A stretch of 57,152 nucleotides of DNA from Octopus bimaculoides (lineage: Eukaryota), in assembly GCF_001194135.2 (NCBI RefSeq), contig NC_068983.1:126776805-126833956 (forward strand). Direction: 5' to 3'. The notes below the pieces were generated by a model. It was not told the DNA's origin. It was given only the letters and a program-made list of their open reading frames with translations, and made no database searches. The translations under genes and the position numbers were made by a program. Shown piece after piece: positions 26,573-39,923 of this stretch; within the stretch, counting starts at the first letter, position 1; each line of letters starts with the position of its first letter.

Positions 26573-26949
26573 GTAGTGATGCAGTACGACCGTTTCAAGC
26601 GACTGTATTTAATTGAACAATGCGATCATTACGTCAATTTAAATGTAGTGCTTTCATCAGCTGCACCAATAAATAAATAGAATTTTTATGAGCTGGACAC
26701 ACTAATATTATTATTCTCCAATACTTTAACAGAGCAAGATGGAAGAAATTCATGCTGTTGCTATTGTATCTAAGAATAGTCTTCCATCATCTTCCTCTGT
26801 TAAATTATTTGAGAAATATATTAATGTGCCCAACTGATTAAAATTCTGTTTATTTGTGCAGCTGATAATTGCACTGCATTTAAAATGATGTAAAGATCGC
26901 ATTGCTCAATTAAATGGAATCGCTTGAAACGGTCGTACTGCAACACTAC
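26573..26949. mobile_element. Foldback / MITE with ~170-bp inverted arms and a short loop
   Basis: Left gtagtgatgcagtacgaccgtttcaagcga...gatggaaga; right tcttccatc...tcgcttgaaacggtcgtactgcaacactac. Loop of ~35 bp; possible TA target-site duplication. Confidence 0.85.
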
Positions 26950-28929
26950 GTGCGCCCCGCTTTTTATCTAACCTGATTGCAGTTAAATGTCTTCTTGCTC
27001 AAGGTGCGATTTGAATTTCATACGTATGTATGTCTTGTGCGGCAAAATGTTCGTTTGCTGATAAATATAATTCCTTGTCCTGAGGGGAGAAATATGTCAC
27101 GTGGAAGTGTCCATTATATATAACAGCTGCTTTTTCCATTGAAATATATTAGAAACTGTCAGAATTTATAGTTTAGATTCAATATACCGAATGCCAGCAA
27201 ATACATATATTGCTCAAGGCACTGAAGTTTAAATCTAGCTATGTCCTGTTCCAAGAGTCAATGATTCAATTTTTATGATACATTGTCGTTGTATCATTTA
27301 TTTTTCAGAAGAGAAATTTTATATTATATATATATATAATAATAATAAGATAAACAATGCCACAGTAATTTAGAGTGATCTTACTACAAGACAAATACTC
27401 TGCCTTAGTTCATATTATTTAAAAAAAAAAGCTTAATTTGACGTGCAATAAATATATTTCACACCAAAGTGCATCGACAAGGAATATGGAAATAGGCTTA
27501 GAATATTATGAATATATTTTTTCTATGATTATTATAGATGTACGATCGACCGGACTATTGACATATTTAAATAGCTTGAAAGTGATCAAATATACCAAAG
27601 ATACACACTTACTCAGTCTTATTATCTTGTAAAGTCAATGGGATGAGATTAATATATGCGCTTGATCAAGATAACATGCAGAAAAATACAGTCCAAGATA
27701 GACTGAAATGAACTCAAACATGTGCTTAGATATGTATATACTAATATAAAGATATATACACAACTGCCTTAATTTGCGTTTTGATTTGATTCGTTTGTTT
27801 CTTGCATTAGCTACATTGTGGTGCCGTGATTTTATATAAAATACCAATAACTGAACAACCGGATATCTAACTCAGACCGAGATATCTCTGTCAAATATAT
27901 ATTTCTTTTCAATGTGGTACTTACAAATGATTTCAATCATATATTTCCATTAATTGAAATCCGATTTAAATATGCAAAACACATTAATTAAAACTTGAGA
28001 ATGCATCAATGTGCATATATTACGATATATGTTTTTGTAGATCAGTGTCCGGCAATTCCTTGCAGAGAAATGTGTATAAATCATTTGATTATAAATAACT
28101 TGCCTACATAGATCGAATGATCGTGCTACACATGTATATTTAGTTTTCGATTGATCAAATTTCGTTAAAAACTGTGACAGTATACCTACGACCAATAAAC
28201 TACCCCTCGTTTATGTCGGGCAATATATATACAGGTGCTGTTGCAGGTTGTACATGGGTGTGGGAGGTGTTATCGAATTCTGGAGGGCTAATATTGTTCC
28301 TAAAATTATGTAGGAAAACATTTGTAGGGAACTAGTGCAGAAACAATTTTGAAAGGTTCGATAGACTGGCAAAAAAGAATTCGGCGAATCGGTGTCAGAG
28401 GAATAGGTAGATACAATTTTGGTTATGAGAGATAAAAAAAAAGCACGACGGTGATTATGTGATGATGCTCAGGGCTCAATAATTCAGTGTAACACAAATC
28501 AATATAATATCTGTAGAAATGGCAGAAAGATACGACAATAATTGTGTTGCCTATCGTTTAGGGGAGTCAATGATGAAATGTTTTGCAGCCTAGAATCCTA
28601 CAGGGTACAATTCTTTTCAGATATCTGAGAAATTGTACTTCTAGAAAGTTTATTTCGTTGAATTACTTAGAAAAGCTAACCGACAACGTATGATTTTTTT
28701 TAATTAACTGCAAGTAAGATGTTCGTTTCAGTCTTTTTCTGGACTGCAATCATGTTTTTCATATTTTGAGATAAATTACGCAACATTATTTTTCGTTGAA
28801 AATAAAGTGATTAGTTTAGCATCATCTTGGACAATCCCTTCAACATATTTTTTATGTAAATTTCCTAGTTCGAAGGCAGCATGCAGTAGTCCAATAATTA
28901 TTATCCTTCAAGAAATGCATTCAGAACAA

Positions 28930-29620
28930 ATGAGTTCTTTAGTTCGAAGAAATAGAGAAGATGGCCTAAACCTGAGAAACAATAGCTGTTGATTTGGGGA
29001 TTTAGAAGTCTACAGGGGATTATATGCTACAAAAAGACAAGAGGAAGGAAAAAGTCACTTGGGAGGAGAACTCAGTAGCAAATGAAGATGACTGTGTCCT
29101 GTATAGTGGCAGCGGAAGTAAAGTAAACGGCATGGAAGGTGAAGGAGAAATGTGAAATAGATGTAAAGATTCGAACAGTTCAAAGAAAGCTGAAAGAAAC
29201 TGGATGTAAGTATGGAACAACCAAGAGGAGAGTTCATTTAAATAATAAAAAAAACATATGAAGGCAAAGTTATGGTTAAATATTTCTGCTGAATTAACCA
29301 AAGTAAATTTTTCTAACAAGAACCGATTCAGTTCGTTGGACCTGATGGCTGGTGCTCTTGGACAGCGAAAATGGACACAGTGAAGATGAAGAAAAGGCGG
29401 AGATTGTGTAATGGTATGAGGCATGGTCTTTTCAAGTTGATATTTATAGTTAGAGAGGCAGAAAGGAAGGCAGCACAGTGTGAATTATACGGATCTGTTG
29501 CAAACGAAAGAAATGGGAGATAATGCTTCAGCAGTTAACAGGGAGATTGTAAAGTACTGAAGTTGAGTGGTCCTGCTTTACTCCAATATTGTGTTCCTAT
29601 AAGGACGATATCTCAGGTCT
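28930..29620 (+). mobile_element. Tc1/Tc3-like transposase remnant
   Basis: Frameshifted peptides in the correct order: GLNLR/TIAVDLG (HTH), IRTVQRKLKETG, KVNFSNKNRFS then VGPDGW (cf. KVIFSDEKKFNLDGPDG), and GGDCVMV*G (cf. GGGSVMVWG). Confidence 0.75.
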
Positions 29621-32600
29621 CCGAAAAAATGGTGTCAACTCCTTATATTTAATAATTTGTTTGTTTCTTATTTTTACTTTCAATGCACCTCGTACCTTCC
29701 TTGCTACAAATAGTTTGGTTGTTGCTCTTTATCCTGAGGTCGAACTTATAATACATAGCAATTAATTCTAGCATATCCTATCCTGACTTTTCTGAAGCCA
29801 AAACCATACATTCAAATGACGTTTCCTCAAAAAACGCTAGTTATTATAAGGAAGAAATGGTTTGGCTGCCATCTTAGTAGATCTGGCAGGAAACGTTGAA
29901 TTTTTCGTTGCCTCCTCTTTTGCATAATATTGAACCTGTTTATTAATGGTTTCCATCAACATTTCAGAAGCTATTTTATTTCTTTGATTCGAAATAAAGT
30001 TAGATACTCTTGCTTTGCAATGTGCTAGTAATGATTACGTTAATATCGCACTCAAATCCTATTATAATGAGCAAAACGCCTTTGAAAATTAAGCATGATT
30101 ATAAACATGTTAAAGCAAGAAATTTAAAATATATCTTTGATGATGATTAGTGGCGTAGTCAATGAATTTTGCTTACATGTGATATACCATTATTCGTTAT
30201 CCAGTATTGAATGCTGAATGACTATTATCATGATGTAAAGAATATCATAATTTTGTAATGCGATAATTTGATAATTATACTATTTTGATTGCCACGGGTT
30301 CAAGCTTTCTCGTTTATATTTGATGTTTCATCCTACAACGTTTTTGTCGTTAAGTTGCAAATACTTCTTCGTAAACAGCAAAACGACGTAACAAAAAATC
30401 TACTAATGATTAGTTTGTAAACTCCATGCAGTTGTGTTTTACGGTTAGAAAAGCCTCGGCGTTACCTTTTATTTATAAACAACCTAATATGTATTTGCCT
30501 GTAAGAGAACGAAAACCTAACTAATTCACATCCACCAAAGAAGGAGACGTTGAAGAGAAGTAGAAAGAGGTTCATTGTCTTAGAAATGAGTGTCATCCAT
30601 ACAGCGAAGACAAAAATATAAAGAGAACGACACCTGCAAGTAAGCAGAGCGCCTGTCGGATAAATTATGAAGTGAACAATGTCCACAAGAAGAAAGGCTT
30701 GATGTCAGTAAACAATACACACACACACACACGCACGCACACACACACGCACGCACGCACGCACGCACACACACACATATAGGCAAATGTTGAATGATAA
30801 AATGAGGGCTCATTAACGAATNNNNNNNNNNNNNNNNNNNNNNNNNNNNNNNNNNNNNNNNNNNNNNNNNNNNNNNNNNNNNNNNNNNNNNNNNNNNNNN
30901 NNNNNNNNNNNNNNNNNNNNNNNNNNNNNNNNNNNNNNNNNNNNNNNNNNNATATATATAGTTGAAACTTACTTGCAAATGGACGCGTGCGTTCGATGAT
31001 ATAATAAAACAAATGATATATAAGCATATGCATGTATATATAGATGCATATTCGGGTACAGGTTATTAGGAAAATGAACGGGAGCATAAAAACAAAAACG
31101 GACTTTGTTTACAGACAACAAAACGAACACAGGAAAACAAACAAGCCACTTATGGAATTATTCTTTCATCAGCTGCCTCTATTCTAAACTAGGCGTTTTG
31201 AAGATAAGGCAGGACGCACCTTTCTCACTGCTTGTTGCTTGACCACACAACTTCAGGCCATACTCCTTCAGACACGCCACCTCAATAGAAAACTGTACGA
31301 CTTGCTTGTGTAACAAAGGACATGCAGAATTTACTCATTCCCCACCATCCTACTTCTGCCTCGCTTAACACTCCCATCGTCTATACCATCTCAAGCGATT
31401 TACGTCTCACTCACGCCGAACGAGCTTTATTTAATTTCTCAAAAACACATACGGCACGCGCCGATCCAACTCAGGACATTTTCCTACAACAGAAGCATTG
31501 TTTCTCCAATTGAGGACGACTTTACTACACTCAGAAAGCGTTCCTCCAACTGAATATAAAACCTAGAATTGCACTCTTCAGTAGATATATTCATTAATAA
31601 GTGCCGTTTAGACCTCGGTACCTTCAATTTCGATAGAAAACCAAGAATTCCGAACCTTCCCACATCGGAACTGATTGCGCACCGGACGCTCCGCCAACGT
31701 AAGGACGTTGTTATCAAGCCAGCCGAGAAAGAGGGTGTGGTTGTTTGGTGAGCCGACCTTTACAGAAAAGAAGCCCGCCGCCAACTCAACGACCCCAGAT
31801 ACTACATGAAGATACCGAATGACCTTACCAACCATAACCAGAAGAATGTTTCGACCGCTGTACATCAGCTGATCTCTTCTGGTTCACTGCCACCAACCCC
31901 TTCGTCACCACACCCCAAAGTTCCATTATCTATTTCGTCCCTAAAATACATAAACAAGATAATCCCGGCCGCTTTATTCTCTCTGATTGCAATTGCTCCA
32001 CAAAACTTTTATCTTTCTACCACGAGAAACTTTTATCCCCTATCGTCACTGCTCTATCTTCGCATATAAAACACACTAACCATGAACTATACCTCTTCAA
32101 CGCATTCTCTTTTCCACTTGGTGAATCAAAGCTCCTTTTCACCATGGACATTAAATCTTTGTACACAGTCATCCTTCACAATGACGGTCTACTAGCATTT
32201 AAACAATTCTTAGACCGTCTTCTGTACCTTACCCAGCACTAATAAACTTCTTCGCGTAGCTGAGTGTGTCTGAACATTCACTTGTTTTCCCTTCACTGAT
32301 GAATTCTATAAGTAGGACAGCGGTGTAGCTATGGGCACCAGTATGGGCCCCAATTACGCCAACCTCATTGTGGGTAATGTATAGTAGCTTTATGGTCGTT
32401 ACACTGACGACTGCAATGGCGCCACAAGCTTTAACAGATAACAACTCAACGATTTTATTGCTGTTGTCAACACTTTTCACCCAACCTTTTCACCATATCT
32501 GATACTTCTGTTTGGTTTCTGGACATCTCCGTCAAAAACTCAATACCAACCTCTCTACCTCTGTCTACTATAAACCTACTGACTCCCACTCCTACCTTCA

Positions 32601-33108
32601 CTACTCTTTCTCTCTCTCCCAAACACATTAAATCTGCCATACCTTTCTCTCAATTACTTCGCCTTTGATGACTTTGCAGCATCGATACAGATTTCGAATC
32701 CCATTGCAAAACGATGCGACAGTTTTTTTCTAAATCGAGGGTATCCTCTATAAGTTGTCGACCCGGCACTCCACCGAGCCCGAGCCATCAACCGAACCGC
32801 AGCTCTCCTACCATCTTCACGCACACCCACCGATCGTAATCCACTCTCTCTCTTACCTACCACCCGCCCATCCTCCCTCCAAGGCACCAACACATCCACA
32901 AGTTTTGCATTCTTCTTTCTGACTCAACAACCACCTCTACTTTTTCCACACCACCTCTACTGTGTTTTAAAAAGACAGGAGTCTTAGAAATTTCCTTGGT
33001 AGAAGTTTCACAGCTCCCAGCTCCGCACAACCAGGAACCTTTTAATGTTCTCGCCGACGATGTAATACATGCTCATACATCAACAATATTACCACCATCA
33101 CCGGGCCG

Positions 33109-33471
33109 ATGACGCAATATCAATATCATGTAACACGCCACTTCTTTTCCACTTCGGCAAATCTTATATATTGCATTGTATACAAACTCTGCGGTGCTTT
33201 TTACATTGGAAAAACAGGTCGACGCCTTGGCGATCGATTTCTCGAACACATCAGAAGCAGAATAGTACGTACGCCAGGTCAACCTGTCCCGATCCAGTTC
33301 AATACTGTGAATCATTCTATTGCACATTTATCAGTGTGTTACATGCCCTTGCACCACGGAACCCACTTCTATAGGAAACGAAAGGAGCAACGTCTCATAT
33401 TTGATATTGGTACTATGTCCCCTTCAGGTATGAATGAACGTTTATTCTTCTATCCTTTCACCTCCTCTTAA
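33109..33471 (+). pseudogene. Open GIY-YIG endonuclease segment of the PLE
   Basis: The 120-aa ORF contains LIYCI...FYIGKTGRRLGDRFLEH, the PLE GIY-YIG signature. Confidence 0.85.
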
Positions 33472-33696
33472 TTCTTTTTTACCCTTCTAATCCTCCTTCC
33501 AGCTTCTCTCTGCAACATTCCCGTATTTACTTACCTCTATTCTCTTCCTCATTATTTCCTTCCCCTTTCTGCACGACCTGTCCTATAACTTCTGTTTCAT
33601 GTTAGCGTCCATTATCAGTTGCAGCCAGCTTTTTAAGCAGAGAGGAGGTAAACTCTGTTTGACTTTTTTCTCTTTCTTTACTTCTCTTTTTATCTG

Positions 33697-33730
33697 CCCC
33701 CTGACGAACGATTGAATCCGAAACGTTGGA
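33697..33730 (+). ncRNA. Degenerate minimal hammerhead motif at the PLE 3' end
   Basis: cccc-CTGACGA-a-cgattgaatcc-GAAAC-GTT-gg: both cores intact, stem II gat/atc with a C-C mismatch at its base, short stem I cc/gg. Confidence 0.55.
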
Positions 33731-34419
33731 TATTCCACTTCTCACGGCTAGAAGGGATCAAACATTTTTTCAAGCACATGACCAAATTCGTATCTTAAAT
33801 ATCAATCTTAAATAAATCTTCAGTCCCACCTTGCTTAGATTAGTTTTTGGTGTTTTTTATAAATATTTCTATATATTATCTTTTCGTATGGAATATGATT
33901 ACTCATCACATTCACTTTACATCACTATATCTCAGACTATCTTGGTATCTTTTTTTTATTTAAAATTTCCTTCATACAGTTGCATTAGCCAACATATATA
34001 GGGCTAACACTTTATCTATCTCTCCCCACACCTCCTTTTCTCTCAATACGTCTGTTTTTTTTAATTATATCTTTCCTTAGTTTATAATCTGCCTATAATT
34101 TAAAAAAAAATTATTTGCTTAATGTGTCCATTTAACACCCCCCACCATACACATTGTAACTATTACTGGTTTATGTTACTTGACACTATACCTGACAATT
34201 AAACATATTTTACTGCTGATATATGCAAGCAGTATGCCTATATAGTACTTCTAGGTGTCCTACATGTCTACAACGATGTGTGAATATCTAGGTATGGATT
34301 ATATGTGTCATCTGTGTGCGTGTGTATCTATCATTTTGTGTTTATTTCTTGTGTTGCCACTAGCATATCTTTTAATATGAACATGTGTATCTGCGTGTAT
34401 ATGTATGTTTCGCGCACGC

Positions 34420-34452
<33 letters not shown>

Positions 34453-36992
34453 TTCACACACATATACTACTTTTTTTATATATGTGTTTTCATTTATATC
34501 TATATGTGTTTGGCTCTTCTCTCTTTGCACCAGTATGAGTATGTATTTCTTTGTACAGTGTTTCTTCTTTGATGTATACCCTACTCAAAAAACAACTAGA
34601 ATTCCTATATCTATGTATACTAATGTGCAAATATACCTCTACGCACCTATGAGTAAATATACTAACACTTTTTTCCTCTTAAGATTATTTTTTCTCTGGC
34701 ATTATGTGTATAATTTTTGTATACTTATGTGCACCCCCATACTCATACATTTCTTATATTCATAATGCACAATACATTTCTATTACTTAAATATTAATAC
34801 TACCCTAATACCATTAAATATCCCTATCACATTATGCCAAGCTAGTTTCTTACCTCATAATTTAATATACTAATACATTGTTACTGTATAACCTTACATA
34901 TCAATACAGATAAAAATAAACGCTTTATTTGCTATTTTCATTCCCAACTCATTTATCTCCCCTACATTGCGTTTTTTAAAAAACTTTCCGTATTCCAACA
35001 TCCATGATCAATTTCAACCTGACGTTTTTCTCCTTAAAAGCCACAGAAAGTATTTACTATCTAAACTGTAATATTAACAACTATTTTTTTTGTTTTTACT
35101 TATTTTTCTACTTTATATTTAATACATACTAACGAATATTAGTTCTTATGCAAACATAAGTCCATCTGTGGCATCTTATTCTCTCTTTAACCTTTTTACC
35201 TCTCTAACATGTGTTTACGTTAATTATCTAGTGGCTCTTTATACACTGTATCCTCTAGAATAACTTCATTCTCCTATATAATTTTTTTTAAAATACACAC
35301 CACCCTAAGATATGCTTTCAGCTGTCAGATCATATCCTAATTCAAATATAGCCATGCCTTTCAATTGAATATTTCTATACACGTTTCTCCCCTGTGCGAC
35401 TTATCTGGACTTAAAATTTGTAATCGCCTTACTCATCTATTGAGAGAACATCACTGAAACCTCTTTTATTTATGTTTCAAATAAGCGTTATAGCATTTAG
35501 TTATAGTTAATACCTAACTGGACTCAAATCTCTTTTTTTCTTTTTTCTCATAAAGATAAATATGAATCTCCTAGATTCTATTCTGCTATTTCCTTTCTCA
35601 AGTTTTTTGTAAAAATTTTGCTTATTCTTTTTGCAATGAAGAGTACATTGATATAAAATTTATTTAATTTAACTAAATTCGATCATGCATTTGCATCATT
35701 TTTATATCTCTGTGCGATACGATCGTCTGCATGAATTAAAATTCTCTTGTATATTTTAACAACTNNNNNNNNNNNNNNNNNNNNNNNNNNNNNNNNNNNN
35801 NNNNNNNNNNNNNNNNNNNNNNNNNNNNNNNNNNNNNNNNNNNNNNNNNNNNNNNNNNNNNNNNNNNNNNNNNNNNNNNNNNNNNNNNNNNNNNNNNNNN
35901 NNNNNNNNNNNNNNNNNNNNNNNNNNNNNNNNNNNNNNNNNNNNNNNNNNNNNNNNNNNNNNNNNNNNNNNNNNNNNNNNNNNNNNNNNNNNNNNNNNNN
36001 NNNNNNNNNNNNNNNNNNNNNNNNNNNNNNNNNNNNNNNNNNNNNNNNNNNNNNNNNNNNNNNNNNNNNNNNNNNNNNNNNNNNNNNNNNNNNNNNNNNN
36101 NNNNNNNNNNNNNNNNNNNNNNNNNNNNNNNNNNNNNNNNNNNNNNNNNNNNNNNNNNNNNNNNNNNNNNNNNNNNNNNNNNNNNNNNNNNNNNNNNNNN
36201 NNNNNNNNNNNNNNNNNNNNNNNNNNNNNNNNNNNNNNNNNNNNNNNNNNNNNNNNNNNNNNNNNNNNNNNNNNNNNNNNNNNNNNNNNNNNNNNNNNNN
36301 NNNNNNNNNNNNNNNNNNNNNNNNNNAGACAGACAGACAGACAGAAAGAGAACGAGGTTTCTTTTCAATTTGATGTCGACAATTGATTGAAATTTATTAC
36401 AAAGCATTTTTCTTTTTCCTTTTATTTTATTTTTCTTTGCATTGTATATCTATCAACATATTTGTAAATAAACACATTTTCTCACAAGGGCTGGTGACCT
36501 TTCAATATGTCAATTTTAGGAAGTAGGATGGGAAAGATAAGAAAATAGAGGAAAGTGCGGTCATCACTGAAATATTTTTTTAAATGTTTAAATTTTTATG
36601 AAAATGTCTATTCATTTACACTTGTATAGTCAAGCCCATATTCTGTGTAATTCCATCTTTTGCATAAACAAACATTAAATATTAGTACAATATTCGTAAA
36701 TTAAGAAAATAAAGTCAAAATATATACAAATATATATACAAACATCAAAAATGAGCTTTGTATTAATATGTATTATATTTAGCTGGAAGCCACGCTGTAG
36801 GATATAAATTATATACTGAAGCAGGGCCTCTTTAAATGTGTGTCCGAGTAACTTTCATTCTTTTGTAGGATTATCATTCTTGTTTTTGCTTGCCCAGATA
36901 AGATAATCCAAAAGAGATCTTTTTCACGAATTACTTTGCCAAATAATAACCTTTATATNNNNNNNNNNATATATATATATATATATATATGC

Positions 36993-37023
<31 letters not shown>

Positions 37024-37699
37024 TGTATGTATGTATATACTTATATACTTTCGTATGTACGCTTGGAAGTATATATGTACAACTGCGGAGCGTATATAGA
37101 AGTGTCAGCTTGTGTAATTTAAACATCTCTTTTCCGCACTGTTACGAACTGCTGGTTCCCGGGTACTACATTAAACGTATAGAAATAGCTTCGTAAACTA
37201 TTCAGTCGCTTATATTTCAATGAGTTGCTTGTTCAGCTGAGAGATCAGTTGAAATGCTCTTCGTTGAAATCATCTTGATATCCATTACTATAATAAATGC
37301 GTATGTGTGCATGAATATACACGTATGTTTGTATGTTTGTTTCATGATTTAATGTGGGTATTGATTCCGAATATACTACATAATTCCTATAATTATTTCG
37401 TATATTCCCATTTTGAAAATAACTCTAAGTACATCTGAAAAGCCAATTAGATTGAAAAAAAGAAGAAACTATAATTAAATATGTATTTTTTCCCCTCTTC
37501 ATCAATTTCTTTTGGTATGAACTATATCTTAATAGAATCTTCGATATCAAACTACATTTCTTCTGTCACTAAATTGGAATATCCTCGTTCGAAATAGGTA
37601 CAGAAACATTTATTCATATATTTTTCGTTCGAAGAAAATACATTCTCTGCGGATTTGGAGAGTATATATTTATGTGCATGTGTATGTGTGTTTATTATG

Positions 37700-37752
<53 letters not shown>

Positions 37753-38259
37753 TGATAGATAGAGAGATAGATAGACAGACAGATAGACAGTCATGTAGAC
37801 AGTCATACAGATAGATAGACAGATAGATAGATAGATAGAGAGATACAATATAGTCTTAGTATGTTTTTATCAACATCGAGTGCTTCGTGTCTAACTTATG
37901 CCGTGTGGGTCATTAAGGTATGCGCTGGTGTATCTCATACAAACTTTAAGAAGCTATTTCAGTCCTTCACCATGAAATCTGTTTATCATTTAACTTTATA
38001 TTTTCTTGGTATTTTTTTTAAGAAGAAAAGAGTTGTTTTCAAACTAAATTTTCCTGATGAAGTGAATATTCCCTGGAGCATTTCTGTATAACTTTGGATG
38101 ATGAAATGAAATATAAACCTAATGTTTACGCTGAGGGGAGTAATCAGTATCGGAAATAAGGATATATTGGATATGTCATGTATATATAGTACGGCACAAC
38201 ATAGTTATGGTGTAAAAAATCGATTGGATGTTCTTGGTTAAAACAAAACATACGAAAAT

Positions 38260-38294
<35 letters not shown>

Positions 38295-38859
38295 AAACAG
38301 CAATAATACTAAGGATAATAAAACGAAATAGTAATTTCTCAGACATCGTATTATAAGCGACTGGGAGATCAATAACATAAAACACGAAGATATCAAGTGC
38401 TAAGAAAACTATCAAATATTGTCTGAAAAAAATGCCCGCTTTTATTTCGATCCTAATCAAAACAGGAATCGGATATTTCTGCTATCAGGCATTAGTTCCA
38501 TGAATATTGATAAATGTATAAAGATAAAAGAGGTTGATATAGGTAGCACTCTCGGTGAAGCGCCACAATGAAACCGCTACATTCAGTTTAAATTCTATCG
38601 AATCTCATTTTACTTCCAATCCAGTATATTATTCGAAGACAGCAATGAGATAAACATGCATATAATCTTAATATATCAATTATACCAGCAACACCGCAAC
38701 ATATTCAGAAAAAAATCATCTTCGTGAGAACGCAACGAAAAATCTTTGAACAGTAAAAACGTGGTTTATATAAATATTTCATGAATCAGTTCAAAGTTTA
38801 GTAATATTTTATAATATACATGATCAGTAATTGTTATTTGCTAGTGAATCGCGTAGAAC

Positions 38860-38904
<45 letters not shown>

Positions 38905-39441
38905 NNNNNNNNNNNNNNNNNNNNNNNNNNNNNNNNNNNNNNNNNNNNNNNNNNNNNNNNNNNNNNNNNNNNNNNNNNNNNNNNNNNNNNNNNNNNNNNN
39001 NNNNNNNNNNNNNNNNNNNNNNNNNNNNNNNNNNNNNNNNNNNNNNNNNNNNNNNNNNNNNNNNNNNNNNNNNNNNNNNNNNNNNNNNNNNNNNNNNNNN
39101 NNNNNNNNNNNNNNNNNNNNNNNNNNNNNNNNNNNNNNNNNNNNNNNNNNNNNNNNNNNNNNNNNNNNNNNNNNNNNNNNNNNNNNNNNNNNNNNNNNNN
39201 NNNNNNNNNNNNNNNNNNNNNNNNNNNNNNNNNNNNNNNNNNNNNNNNNNNNNNNNNNNNNNNNNNNNNNNNNNNNNNNNNNNNNNNNNNNNNNNNNNNN
39301 NNNNNNNNNNNNNNNNNNNNNNNNNNNNNNNNNNNNNNNNNNNNNNNNNNNNNNNNNNNNNNNNNNNNNNNNNNNNNNNNNNNNNNNNNNNNNNNNNNNN
39401 NNNNNNNNNNNNNNNNNNNATATATATATATATACATATAT

Positions 39442-39836
39442 TCTCTTTCACTTTTTTCAGTCATTTGCAGCCATGCTGGGGCACCACCTTTAGGTGAGCA
39501 AATCAACCCCAGGACTTATTCTTTGTAAGTCTAGTACTTATTTTATCGGTCACTTTTCCTGAACCGCTACGTTACGGGGACGTAAACACACCACCATCAG
39601 TTGTCAAGCGATGTTGGGGGTGGACAAACACAGACACGCAAACATATATTCACACATGCATATACATATATACATATATACGACAGGTTTCTTTCAGTTG
39701 CCGTCTACCAAATCCACTCACAAGGCTTTGGTCGGCCCGAGGTTATGGAAGAGGACACTGTCCCAAGTTGCCACTCAGTGGGAATGAATCTGAACCATGT
39801 GGCTTGTGGGCACGCTACTTACCTTACAGCCACTCT
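39442..39836 (-). mobile_element. tRNA-derived SINE family D
   Basis: Minus-strand head gagtggctgtaaggtaagtagc...atggttcagattcattccc, then caacttgggacagtgtcc (resembling the CORE 5' part), a body with an internal microsatellite, and a tail ending near 39442. Confidence 0.7.
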
Positions 39837-39886
39837 TATATATATACATATATATAAATAAATAAATGAATATATAAATAAATAAA

Positions 39887-39917
<31 letters not shown>

Positions 39918-39923
<6 letters not shown>

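Larger units (their letters stand above)
31322..33730 (+). mobile_element. Near-full-length decayed Penelope-like retroelement (Neptune-like): RT, Cys-rich linker, GIY-YIG endonuclease, 3' pLTR-like region
   Basis: Peptides in order: IVYTISSDLRLTHAERAL; KDVVIKPAEKEGVVVW*ADLYRKEARRQLND; PKIHK; LFTMDIKSLYTVI; GVAMGTSMGPNYANL; LYGRYTDDC (32388-32414); YYKPTDSHSYLHY; IPFSQLLRL; CSRRRCNTC; LIYCIVYKLCGAFYIGKTGRRLGDRFLEH; EQRLIFDIGTMSPSGMNE. Many stops and frameshifts. Confidence 0.93.
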
